64,000 nucleotides of DNA, taken from assembly GCA_934086315.1 (NCBI GenBank), contig CAKOHZ010000001.1:251839-315838 (forward strand). Direction: 5' to 3'. The notes beneath the pieces are model-generated. The model was not told where the DNA came from. It did no database searches and saw nothing but the letters and a program-made list of their open reading frames with translations. Within the stretch, counting starts at the first letter, position 1. Every line of letters starts with the position of its first letter. Below, one piece after another: positions 16,707 through 26,284 of this stretch. Both the position numbers and the translations under genes were made by a program. This DNA is from an uncultured Bacilli bacterium. GTDB taxonomy: Bacteria > Bacillota_I > Bacilli_A > RF39 > UBA660.

Positions 16707-18383
16707 CTATTTATAATCTATATAATCTTTTCTATCAAAAGATTCAATATATTCAATAAACTGATTTTTATATTTTAAATTCTTTTTACAAATATATTTC
16801 ATATCAACAATTTCAGCAAGTACATTATTAAGTTCAAAGATATATTTATTAAGTGTATCTTTATAGTCTTTAATTATATCTTCTCTATTTCTAGAGATGT
16901 TAAATAAGAAGAACATTAACATAACACCACCAACAACAACTACTGATAAACCTATATAAAATTTTATAAAAGTTAATATTATACCAATAACAATGAATAT
17001 ACCACAATAAATAGTTTTTGGTGAATAATATTGTTGGTTTTGAGATTCTTCAGCAAAAGGTTTTTTTACATAATCAGTAAGAGAATCTTGAAGTTCTTTT
17101 TCATTACTTCCATCCTTAGTAGTACCTGTCCACTCATTTATTTTTATTTCAAATTCTTCATCTAAAATATCCTCATTATTAAATACTCTTTCATATCCTT
17201 TTATGATATCATTCTTGCATAAAGAAATAGCCAATTTTTTAGTATTTAATGATAAATCCTTTCTATTAACAATAACATCATTAAGTTCAGTATAAAAATT
17301 ATCATTAGTACTAATAAAATTATCATACATTTTATATTTATTTTCAGCTTCTTCTAAATTACCATTACATTCAATGATCAATTTATTTTTCAAAATATTT
17401 CTTCTTAGTTCAAGTTCTTTACTATCATAGTCATATATTAGATTATGAAAAATCTTATCTTCATTATTATCATTATCTAAATTATTTAATAGCTCTAAAA
17501 ATTTAGCATAAACATTATTATATGAATAACATAACTCAAGTTTTTTCATAAGCTTACTATAACTTTTTACATACATTTTAGAAAAAGAATATTCATCTTC
17601 ATTAATTGTATCTATACTATTTCTAAAGAAATTTTCCCATTTATTAACAGCATCTTCACTAACTTTATCATTTATAGCTTTATTAACCCAATTATTTACA
17701 TGTTCATATAAAGTTTTTGAAATATCATCATCATACATTTCACTACTTAGTAGGTTAATAACGCCAAGTATATCACTATTCATATTAGTTGCATCTTGAT
17801 TATTTAAATATCTTTTTAACCATTTAATAGCTGCTTCCTTTCGATTTAATTTTAAATATAGCATACTAAACAATAAAGATGTTTTATTGTCATCTAAACT
17901 AATTGCTTTATTTAATGCCTTATGAGCTAATTTCTTTTCATTTTTAAGCCAAGCACATATAGCTATTAAAGAATGTGTTAAGTAGTACTCAGAATTACTT
18001 AAACGAGACTGTTCACTTTGTGTCAACAATTTTTTCTTTTCAATATAGCCTCTTTCTAAGATATTAACAATTTCATTTACTTTATTACGAATTATATCAT
18101 ATTGACCATAATTATTATTTAAAGATTCTTCAGCATTATCTAACTCAATTCTAGCATTACTTACATAGTTATTACCTCTAACTTCAATCATAAAATCTTT
18201 AATTTGTTTTTCAATTGAATCAATATTAGATCTAACCTCATCAAATTGTTCTTTGAAATCATCTACTTGAACATTGATATCATCAACACTACTAGCAATA
18301 ATTTTCATGTTTTCAGTTAGTGTATTTAAATCACTTTCAAGTGAACTTGTATCTTTTTTTTGTAAAGTACCAAATACTGCCAT
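16707..18383 (-). CDS. hypothetical membrane protein (558 aa): N-terminal coiled coil, TPR-like helical region, two C-proximal TM helices
   Basis: RBS 'agaggtgg'. Hydrophobic stretch 'IYCGIFIVIGIILTFIKFYIGLSVVVVGGVMLMFFLF'. No catalytic motif recognised. Confidence 0.6.
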   Translation of the reverse strand: MAVFGTLQKKDTSSLESDLNTLTENMKIIASSVDDINVQVDDFKEQFDEVRSNIDSIEKQIKDFMIEVRGNNYVSNARIELDNAEESLNNNYGQYDIIRNKVNEIVNILERGYIEKKKLLTQSEQSRLSNSEYYLTHSLIAICAWLKNEKKLAHKALNKAISLDDNKTSLLFSMLYLKLNRKEAAIKWLKRYLNNQDATNMNSDILGVINLLSSEMYDDDISKTLYEHVNNWVNKAINDKVSEDAVNKWENFFRNSIDTINEDEYSFSKMYVKSYSKLMKKLELCYSYNNVYAKFLELLNNLDNDNNEDKIFHNLIYDYDSKELELRRNILKNKLIIECNGNLEEAENKYKMYDNFISTNDNFYTELNDVIVNRKDLSLNTKKLAISLCKNDIIKGYERVFNNEDILDEEFEIKINEWTGTTKDGSNEKELQDSLTDYVKKPFAEESQNQQYYSPKTIYCGIFIVIGIILTFIKFYIGLSVVVVGGVMLMFFLFNISRNREDIIKDYKDTLNKYIFELNNVLAEIVDMKYICKKNLKYKNQFIEYIESFDRKDYIDYK

Positions 18384-18452
18384 AAATCCACCTCTTATTC
18401 TATATAAATTATAACATATTAAAAAGTAAAGTGATAGTTATTTTAATTTAAA

Positions 18453-18881
18453 TTAGTAAAGTTCATTACATACTCCAGGATCGGGTGCATAAAAGCAATG
18501 TCCTTTATATCTTCCTGTATTTCTTTGATTAAACCAAGTACCTTTACATTCTTCATTCTTTTTTGGTGCATAGAACCATAGTGCATTAGTAGCAGGGTAG
18601 TAGTATTCCCCTTTTAACACACGTTTGGCTAGTTCTTTTTCTTTAGTAGTAGCGCTTCCACTATTAAAAAGACTACTATTAGTACCTACAAATCCACCTG
18701 GATTCTGATATACAACATCAGTTATACTTCTTATTTTTTTAAAGTCTAAACAATTTGCGATAGCTCTATTAACAATAACGTTACCAACCATTAACATGGC
18801 TAAATCACCTTCTGCTAGTGCCTCAGCTCTCATAAGTCTAGCACATAAATCTAATTCTTTAGTAGAATATTTTATAAGCAT
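18453..18881 (-). CDS. SleB-type cell wall hydrolase domain protein (Hydrolase_2)
   Basis: 'LCARLMRAEALAEGDLAMLMVGNVIVNR', 'VVYQNPGGF', 'ALWFYAP' and 'CFY' fit the spore cortex-lytic enzyme catalytic domain. There is no signal peptide or PG-binding domain. Confidence 0.7.
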   Translation of the reverse strand: MLIKYSTKELDLCARLMRAEALAEGDLAMLMVGNVIVNRAIANCLDFKKIRSITDVVYQNPGGFVGTNSSLFNSGSATTKEKELAKRVLKGEYYYPATNALWFYAPKKNEECKGTWFNQRNTGRYKGHCFYAPDPGVCNELY

Positions 18882-18977
18882 AAAATCACCTAATATATTG
18901 TATGCATAAAAGAAAAATGTTGATTTGTTAAAATATATATTGTATAATTAAATTGCTTTTGAAAAAAAGACACACAT

Positions 18978-19052
18978 AGGGGTATGGTGTCAGTGGTAGC
19001 ATGCCGGTCTCCAAAACCGTTGGGGAGGGTTCGAGTCCTTCTACCCCTGCCA
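18978..19052 (+). tRNA. trnW: tRNA-Trp (anticodon CCA)
   Basis: Cloverleaf folded by hand: acceptor AGGGGTA/TACCCCT, anticodon loop CTCCAAA, T-arm GAGGG-TTCGAGT-CCTTC, discriminator G and an encoded CCA. Confidence 0.9.
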
Positions 19053-19106
19053 TATGTAATTTAGTCTGATTAATATCGGGCTTTTTTATTTGATAAAAAA
19101 ATACTA

Positions 19107-19880
19107 CTATACAGACATAGTAGTTTTATTTTCTAAATCACAAGTTTTCTCTAAAAAATCATTTAAGAATGCTAGTTCATAAACTTGCTTCTTTTTTTCT
19201 GGATTTGTTAAACATTTCTTTCTAACTTCTAATATCGTATCTAACATATTAAAGTTATTTCCATATTCATCAGAAACAACACGAGATATTTTATCTAAAG
19301 TTACACCCTTATTTGGAAAAGTATGTAAATTCCATCTATCAGTTTTTATACTTGCAAAATCAGAATATGGTCCATACATCATCATGAAAGTTGGCGAAAA
19401 AGAAAGTACTTCATTATACAAGTGACTCTCTTTAACTTCATCAACATCATCAAAAGCAAAGTCAATACCTTCTTCTAAATCAAAAACATAATATTCAAAA
19501 TTCATGCACATATTAAGAAATTCTCTATAAGTTTCACCTAAAATATCTTCAGTAAAAATAGCTCCACTTGCAAAATCATTTTTTAATTGAATGAATTTTT
19601 CATTTGACCAATTTTTATTATTTATTCCAAAATATTTTTTTTGACTAACATGCCAACCAATCCATCTTATCCACACATCTGCTATTCTAAGTAAGTTAAT
19701 AGGCCCTTCAGAAAAAAATACCTTAGGATTCTTTTCAATTCCCATTGCATTATTTCCAATTTTTGCTTCAAATCCTTTTTCTTGAATTTCATTGTAATTA
19801 GCTTTAGGAGCAAAATGAAAAAGTGCTTTATCCAACATTTTATCATTTTCTAATATATCGTTTAATTCTATTGTTTTCAT
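19107..19880 (-). CDS. hypothetical protein (257 aa)
   Basis: Long ORF with no recognisable motif and no obvious RBS. Confidence 0.5.
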   Translation of the reverse strand: MKTIELNDILENDKMLDKALFHFAPKANYNEIQEKGFEAKIGNNAMGIEKNPKVFFSEGPINLLRIADVWIRWIGWHVSQKKYFGINNKNWSNEKFIQLKNDFASGAIFTEDILGETYREFLNMCMNFEYYVFDLEEGIDFAFDDVDEVKESHLYNEVLSFSPTFMMMYGPYSDFASIKTDRWNLHTFPNKGVTLDKISRVVSDEYGNNFNMLDTILEVRKKCLTNPEKKKQVYELAFLNDFLEKTCDLENKTTMSV

Positions 19881-19956
19881 AGATACATTATATCAAAATT
19901 TATAGTTAAACACACGTTAAGTTCTTATTTAGTATACAAAAACATATAATTAACTA

Positions 19957-20382
19957 ATGAAAGACAAATTAAAAGAAAAAATATTAATATTATTAAATAC
20001 TGAAGATCACACCAAAGATTATTCACTTGAAGAAATAGAATCTGGAAAAACATTAAGCATTGTTTCATATCTTATTCCATTAGTACCTTTTATACTATCA
20101 AAGAAAAATTCTTACGTTCATTATCATACAGCAAATGGAATGAATATACTTTTTACATACCTAATATTTTTAATAATTAAAAGAACACTATCGTATATTT
20201 TTGGTACACCTTGTGACTTAATAAGTGGCATTAAATGTATGATTTTACCACTGACATTAAGAATAATATTTGCATTAATAAATATGTTATTTAGTTTTAT
20301 TGTATTACTTGGACTATTAAATGTATGTAATAACAAAGCTAAAGATTTACCACTAATAAGTAAAATTAAATTCTTCAAATAG
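19957..20382 (+). CDS. DUF4870-like small membrane protein
   Basis: 'LSIVSYLIPLVPFILSKKNSYVHYHTANGMNILFTYLIF' matches the DUF4870 pattern. Three or four TM helices. Confidence 0.5.
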   Translation: MKDKLKEKILILLNTEDHTKDYSLEEIESGKTLSIVSYLIPLVPFILSKKNSYVHYHTANGMNILFTYLIFLIIKRTLSYIFGTPCDLISGIKCMILPLTLRIIFALINMLFSFIVLLGLLNVCNNKAKDLPLISKIKFFK

Positions 20383-20429
20383 ACAAAATATATAAAATAT
20401 GCTAGTATATTACGCATTAAGGAAATGGA

Positions 20430-22055
20430 ATGAAAAAAATAAGTAACATAAAATTAGGTAGAATTGTACTTGATAGAAATATAAATAAGAAGTTTTTAAA
20501 TTTTGAAAATAATCAAGACATATTTTGCGATGGTACACAAGCAGAATATTATAGTGCATTATATAATTACATAAGAAGACTGGTTTATAACTCAAGAATT
20601 GCAAGTGAAGTTATACTAAATAAATCATTTGTATCTAATGTTATAAGAATAATAAAGCAGGATGTATTAGTAAAAGAAGACTTAAAAGAAATAGTTTACT
20701 TAGAATTAATACACTACTTAATTGTTTATTATGATACGATTAAAATCATAAAGTTATCTGGTACTTGGCCATATACAGAAAAAGATAAAAAAATAAGAAA
20801 AGATGCTATAAAATTATTAAATTCTCAAATACAAGAAATAGAAACTTTTTTACATGAAATAAATTATAGTGAAAAAGTTTCAGAACTATTAGAAAATTAT
20901 AAAGAAAATACCATTTCTAAAAAAGAATTAACAAATGAAGAATTTGAAGATCTTGATTTAATATTTTCAACAGCACATAATATTCCTCAAGATTATTTAG
21001 ATTTATATTTTAAAAACATAATTAAATGTTCTAAAAAGCCATCATTAGATGCACTAAAAAATGCATTAAGTAGTTTTATAAGCAATTACGCATCATCGCA
21101 TGGAACGTATTGTTATTTAGACATATGTAATTTAAATTTTGGTACATTAGGAACATATGATAATCATGTAATTGCAATTTCTGATAAAGTATTTAATAAT
21201 TTCTATTTAAATCAATTTTGTAAAAAAAGAAATTTATTTGATATAGTATTTCATGAATTAACACATTTATTACAAGAAGAATTATATAAAAATGATACTC
21301 TTCCTTATGAATATATAATAATGCTTCAAGACTATTTACTATCAAATGTTTTATCCAATAAATATAGTGATGATAATTATATGTCATTATATAATGAACT
21401 AGATGCTAGACGTTCTAGTTTACTTAAAACAGATGAGTATTTTATAAAATTAGGAGTAATACCAAAGGAAAATACATTAAAAATTATAAATAGAGATGAG
21501 AGAAAACATAAAAATGATGCAAGGTATTATGATAAAAAAGAAAAAAGTGTTGACATTCTTTTTAATGAAAATATAAAAGAAGTTATTAGAGTGTTAAAAG
21601 AAGAATTTAGAATTGATATATTTACAAGTTATCCAGTCCTTAATTATTTATATCATAGGGACGGAACTAGAAAAACAACCCTTGAATTAATTATTGAAAA
21701 GAATCATACGAAAGATGAAAAATCAATAGAACAAATAAATGATATTTTGAGGAATAGAAAACTATCAAAAGAAGAAATATCAAAAGACTTAGAAGAATTA
21801 ATATTAGATGATAATCAAGATATCATAGATGACAAAGATAGAATGATTGATAGACTAAACAAATTGTTAACAGCGAAAGAAAGAAGTAAATTATTAATAA
21901 AGCTTAATGGTGTGATGCTTAAAATGCAGGAGTTTACAAGAGGACTCGCAGTATTTTATTGTGAAATGAATGATTTGCAAATGGAAGCAAATAATATACT
22001 GGCTGATGGCATTATGCAACATAGGTTAAAAAAAGAAAATATAAATAGAGATTGA
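20430..22055 (+). CDS. hypothetical protein with an HExxH zinc-metallopeptidase-like motif (541 aa)
   Basis: 'IVFHELTHLLQEE', followed ~40 aa later by 'YNELDAR'. No family assigned. Confidence 0.55.
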   Translation: MKKISNIKLGRIVLDRNINKKFLNFENNQDIFCDGTQAEYYSALYNYIRRLVYNSRIASEVILNKSFVSNVIRIIKQDVLVKEDLKEIVYLELIHYLIVYYDTIKIIKLSGTWPYTEKDKKIRKDAIKLLNSQIQEIETFLHEINYSEKVSELLENYKENTISKKELTNEEFEDLDLIFSTAHNIPQDYLDLYFKNIIKCSKKPSLDALKNALSSFISNYASSHGTYCYLDICNLNFGTLGTYDNHVIAISDKVFNNFYLNQFCKKRNLFDIVFHELTHLLQEELYKNDTLPYEYIIMLQDYLLSNVLSNKYSDDNYMSLYNELDARRSSLLKTDEYFIKLGVIPKENTLKIINRDERKHKNDARYYDKKEKSVDILFNENIKEVIRVLKEEFRIDIFTSYPVLNYLYHRDGTRKTTLELIIEKNHTKDEKSIEQINDILRNRKLSKEEISKDLEELILDDNQDIIDDKDRMIDRLNKLLTAKERSKLLIKLNGVMLKMQEFTRGLAVFYCEMNDLQMEANNILADGIMQHRLKKENINRD

Positions 22056-22236
22056 CAAAATAAATTAAATAAGCTATAATCTAGGTCAAGTGAGGGGATA
22101 TAAGATATATAAATCGAGCTGTCCCGGGGAAACCTACACGAACTTTTATGAAGTACGGAGTCGCTGTTAAGTAGTGGATTTCGTGCTTTTTTTATTCTTT
22201 GCGATATCCATCTATTAGAAAGGAGGGAATATTATT

Positions 22237-22791
22237 ATGGTCAAAACAACTAAAATGCCAGATTTTTCTACAATGTATACTATTGAATCTGATATGCTTG
22301 AAGAAATTCAAAAAAGACTAAAGTACAAAAGTGGAAAAATTGCTGAGATAACAGAGTTAGAACAATTAAAAATGGAAACACTAGACTTACTTGAAGAACT
22401 AGGTTATCCAATGGATGAATTTGGAACATATTTATATAAAGATGTGATTGTATCTATTAGAGAAATGATTGGACAAGTAGAAACTAGAGAAGATGTAAAA
22501 GAAGCTGCATCTGTTTTAGAAGAAGCAAAATCACCATTTTCTCAACTATATTTCAACCTAGCAAGAAATGAAAGAGATATAGGAGTAAAAGAATATCATA
22601 GAATTCTATCTAAATCACTTTCAAAAGTTGATTATGAAAAGGCATCACCAGAAATACTTTATAAGGTATATGGTAAATTCCCTTTCGAGATGGACTATGG
22701 AGAAAATGCTTTTGCCCTAGCAAACTTTTTAAATAGACAAATAGACAAACCTTTATGTAGAAAATTAACAAATTCACCTAGTACAAATTAA
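22237..22791 (+). CDS. hypothetical protein, possibly Spo0A C-terminal-domain-like
   Basis: Strong RBS 'aaaggaggg'. The helical region 'LYKDVIVSIREMIG...YFNLARNERDIGVKEYHRILSKSL' vaguely resembles Spo0A_C-type HTH proteins. Weak call. Confidence 0.3.
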   Translation: MVKTTKMPDFSTMYTIESDMLEEIQKRLKYKSGKIAEITELEQLKMETLDLLEELGYPMDEFGTYLYKDVIVSIREMIGQVETREDVKEAASVLEEAKSPFSQLYFNLARNERDIGVKEYHRILSKSLSKVDYEKASPEILYKVYGKFPFEMDYGENAFALANFLNRQIDKPLCRKLTNSPSTN

Positions 22792-22849
22792 ACGTAGGTG
22801 ATATATATGAGTAACCTAGCGTTACTCATTTTTTATAGGAGGAGAAGTT

Positions 22850-23830
22850 ATGAATATAATAGAAGTTAAAAATTTATCAAAAACATTCAAAGTTAAACTA
22901 AAAGATAAAGGTTTAAAAGGAAGCATCAAGTCAATATTTAAACCTAAGTATAAAACTATTAAAGCTGTTAAGAATATAAGTTTTAATATAGAAAAAGGAG
23001 AAGTTATTGCCTTTATAGGACCTAATGGAGCAGGTAAAAGTACAACTATTAAGATGTTAACAGGAATACTTTATAAAGACAAAGGAACAATTAATATAGA
23101 TGGTTTGGATCCAGAGAAAGATAGAAAAAAATTAGCTCATGAAATAGGCACAGTATTTGGTCAAAAAGAACAACTATGGATGCATCTAACTCCTTATGAT
23201 AATTTTAAATTCTTTGGAGCAATCTACGACATACCTGAACCAATTGTTGAAAAGAAAATAGAAGAGTTTAAAGTATTATTTGAGTTAGATGAAATTATAA
23301 ACACACCAGTACGTAATCTAAGTTTAGGCCAAAGAATACGTTGTGAGATAGTAGCATCCTTAATACATGAACCAAAAATATTATTCTTAGATGAGCCAAC
23401 TATAGGATTAGATCCAGTAGTAAAAGAAAATATTCGTACACTTATTAAAAGAATGAATAAAGAATATAAAACAACAATATTTTTAACAAGTCATGATGTA
23501 TCAGATATAGAAAAACTATGTAAAAGAGTTATCATAATAAATAATGGTACCCTAGTATTAGATGATTCAATGGAAAATTTAAAATATAATTATTTACACA
23601 AAAAGATACTAGAAGCTAAAATGAAAGAAAAAGTAAACTTAAATGATGAAGAAGGTATAACTATATTAAAAGATAAAGGATATAATTTAAAAATTGAAGT
23701 AGACACTAGTAAACGTTCTATAAGTGATGCTATAAAACTATTAAATCCAGATAATATAATAGACATCAATATATCAAATACTCCTTTAGAAGATATAATA
23801 AGTAGCATATATAAAAAAGAGGATAAATAA
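22850..23830 (+). CDS. ABC transporter ATP-binding protein
   Basis: Walker A 'GPNGAGKST', signature 'LSLGQRIR' and Walker B 'ILFLDEPT'. Confidence 0.9.
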   Translation: MNIIEVKNLSKTFKVKLKDKGLKGSIKSIFKPKYKTIKAVKNISFNIEKGEVIAFIGPNGAGKSTTIKMLTGILYKDKGTINIDGLDPEKDRKKLAHEIGTVFGQKEQLWMHLTPYDNFKFFGAIYDIPEPIVEKKIEEFKVLFELDEIINTPVRNLSLGQRIRCEIVASLIHEPKILFLDEPTIGLDPVVKENIRTLIKRMNKEYKTTIFLTSHDVSDIEKLCKRVIIINNGTLVLDDSMENLKYNYLHKKILEAKMKEKVNLNDEEGITILKDKGYNLKIEVDTSKRSISDAIKLLNPDNIIDINISNTPLEDIISSIYKKEDK

Positions 23831-24621
23831 TGAAAAAGTATTTATTTATATTTAAGACTGAGATAATTAATAGTTTGCAATATATATTTAACTTATTATC
23901 AGGTTTTATTTCTTATATAATAATGATATATATATTCCTATGTTTATGGAAATATATGTATAGTGATACTTCATCACTTATAAATGGTTATAGTTTAAAT
24001 CAGATGATATGGTATATAATCATTACTGAAATATTATGGATGAGTTTAGGTGGCAAAAAAATATGTCGTAAAATAACTAATGATGTTAAGAATGGTAATA
24101 TAGCTTATAACATAAATAAACCATATAATTATATTTTGTACAATCTATCTAGTAATTTAGGAAATATATTCATCAAATCTATAATGTTTACTATTCTAGC
24201 TATGATATTAGGCTTTATATTTTTAGGATCATTTCCTAAGCTAAATATACTATCTATTTTAGCAGTATTATTAACAAGTATATTAGCGACCATAATAAGT
24301 GTATTAATAATGATAGGAATAGGTTTATTTTCTTTCATGATAGAAGATTCAACACCATTATATTGGGTATATAGTAAATTCATATTAGTCTTAGGAACGA
24401 TATTTCCAATAGAATTTTTTAGTGGAATCTTAAGAATAATATTAAAATATAGTCCGATATATGTAGTGTCTTATGGACCTGCTAAATTATTTGTAAACTT
24501 TAGTATAAATGAATTTATAACAATACTTATTTCACAATTAGTATATTTAGTTATGTCTTATTTAATAGCTACATTTATATACAAGAAAGGGGTGAAAAAA
24601 CTAAATGTTAATGGAGGTTAA
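23830..24621 (+). CDS. ABC-2 family transporter permease
   Basis: Six-TM hydrophobic protein, translationally coupled to the ATPase gene (TAATG overlap). Confidence 0.7.
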   Translation: MKKYLFIFKTEIINSLQYIFNLLSGFISYIIMIYIFLCLWKYMYSDTSSLINGYSLNQMIWYIIITEILWMSLGGKKICRKITNDVKNGNIAYNINKPYNYILYNLSSNLGNIFIKSIMFTILAMILGFIFLGSFPKLNILSILAVLLTSILATIISVLIMIGIGLFSFMIEDSTPLYWVYSKFILVLGTIFPIEFFSGILRIILKYSPIYVVSYGPAKLFVNFSINEFITILISQLVYLVMSYLIATFIYKKGVKKLNVNGG

Positions 24622-25399
24622 AAATCAATTAAAAGTAAACTATTTATCTATAAAATATGGTCTTATGAGAGAAATGCTGAACAAGTTTTCTTTCCTAGCA
24701 AACATAATATTTATGATTATAAATAATTCTTGTTTTATTATACAATGGGTAGTACTTTATTCATTAAAAGAAAATATTGGTGGATATACTTTTAAACAAA
24801 TGCTATTACTTTGGGGAGCAGCAGCAAGTACATTTGGAGTATCAAGATTCTTCTTTAAGAAGGCATTTACTTTATCTGAAACAATAAATACTGGTAAATT
24901 AGATGCATTCTTAGTACAGCCTAAAAACATATTATTAAGTGCGATTACTACTGATGTAGAAGTTTCTGCTATAGGAGACATAATCTATGGATACGTAATA
25001 CTTATAATTTATGGAATAACTTTAAAAAACTTTTTATTATTTACAATATTTACTATATTAGGTGGCTTAATAATAACATGCGTTTCAGTAATAGCTAACA
25101 GTTTAACATTTTGGTTTAATATGTCAGATGTTTTAGCGGATACATTAAATAACATGATGATAACATTTGGTACATACCCTAAAGATATATTTAATGGAAT
25201 AGTAAAGATATTACTTTATACTTTAATACCAGTAGGTATCGCAAACTATATACCAATAGATGTTATAATAAGTTTTAGGTTAAGTAAATTCTTAATAGTA
25301 TTTATAGTAACGCTATTTATGATAGTTTTATCATTTTATATATTTAACAAAGGATTAAAAAGATACTCTTCAAGTAATTTGATAAGTTCAAGAATATAA
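24605..25399 (+). CDS. ABC-2 family transporter permease (second subunit)
   Basis: Polytopic membrane protein that overlaps the preceding permease gene. Confidence 0.7.
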   Translation: MLMEVKNQLKVNYLSIKYGLMREMLNKFSFLANIIFMIINNSCFIIQWVVLYSLKENIGGYTFKQMLLLWGAAASTFGVSRFFFKKAFTLSETINTGKLDAFLVQPKNILLSAITTDVEVSAIGDIIYGYVILIIYGITLKNFLLFTIFTILGGLIITCVSVIANSLTFWFNMSDVLADTLNNMMITFGTYPKDIFNGIVKILLYTLIPVGIANYIPIDVIISFRLSKFLIVFIVTLFMIVLSFYIFNKGLKRYSSSNLISSRI

Positions 25400-25440
25400 T
25401 TAATATTAAAGATGAAAAAAAGCAATATTAATGTAAAGTA

Positions 25441-25470
25441 AAGGACTAATTATGTAAATTAGTCCTTTTT
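25441..25470 (+). terminator. rho-independent terminator
   Basis: 10-bp stem aaggactaat / attagtcctt with a 7-nt loop, followed by a T-run. Confidence 0.75.
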
Positions 25471-25542
25471 ATGTAAAGAAAACCTTGCATTTCATTCTAA
25501 AAGGACTTTCATTATGATATAATTAATGAGGTGAAAACTTAT

Positions 25543-26283
25543 ATGCAAATGCTAATTAAAGGAGTAAATGTTAACTATACTTTTTATGATAACAATAGTA
25601 GTGTAAACCTAGTTTACTTACATGGTTGGGGACAAAATATTGAAATGATGATGCCCATTGCTAAGCCATTTATTAAGAAATATAATGTTTTAATTATTGA
25701 TTTTCCAGGCTTTGGTGATAGCGATGAACCTAAAGAAGTCTGGAGTGTTTTTGACTATGCAGAAATGGTTAATGAAATGATAAACAAGCTTAACATGAAA
25801 AATCCTATAGTTATTGGACACTCTTTTGGTGGCAAAATTGCACTTATTTATGGATATAAATATAAACCTAGAAAAGTAGTAGTATTAGCAAGTCCATATA
25901 AACAAGCTATAACAAAACAAACTTTAAAAGTAAAAATGTTAAAAACTGCTAAAAAAATACCAGGTATTAACAAATTAGAGAATTTTGTTAAAAAACATAT
26001 GGGTTCAACTGATTACAGAAATGCTAGTGAAATGATGAGAAAAGTATTAGTTACTCATGTAAATACAGATATCACTGAAGACTTAAGAAAAATAAAATGT
26101 CCAGTACTTGGTATATGGGGAACTAATGATGCAGCTGTTAATATAGAAGATGGAAGAGAATTAGAAAACTACATTCCAAATTATGGATTAGTTGAATATC
26201 CTGGATGTACACATTATGCATACTTAGAAAATCTAGGTCAAACAATAAGTATATTAAATAATTTTATAGGAAGCGAGGAATAG
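25543..26283 (+). CDS. alpha/beta hydrolase
   Basis: Nucleophile elbow 'GHSFGG', 'LHGWG' and 'IWGTNDA'. The ATG at 25543 follows 'gaggtg', so the track's GTG at 25531 is less likely. Confidence 0.8.
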   Translation: MQMLIKGVNVNYTFYDNNSSVNLVYLHGWGQNIEMMMPIAKPFIKKYNVLIIDFPGFGDSDEPKEVWSVFDYAEMVNEMINKLNMKNPIVIGHSFGGKIALIYGYKYKPRKVVVLASPYKQAITKQTLKVKMLKTAKKIPGINKLENFVKKHMGSTDYRNASEMMRKVLVTHVNTDITEDLRKIKCPVLGIWGTNDAAVNIEDGRELENYIPNYGLVEYPGCTHYAYLENLGQTISILNNFIGSEE

Positions 26284-26284
26284 T

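Noticed and set aside
22081-22236. Possible riboswitch or leader RNA upstream of the 184-aa gene (gtcccggggaaacc ... T7 run at 22187..22193)
   Set aside because: I could not match it to any riboswitch class I know (c-di-GMP I/II, purine, SAM, TPP, T-box, ZTP, guanidine and others). The stem before the T-run is only about 6 bp with a ~37-nt loop. It is worth an Infernal scan but is unsupported as a feature.
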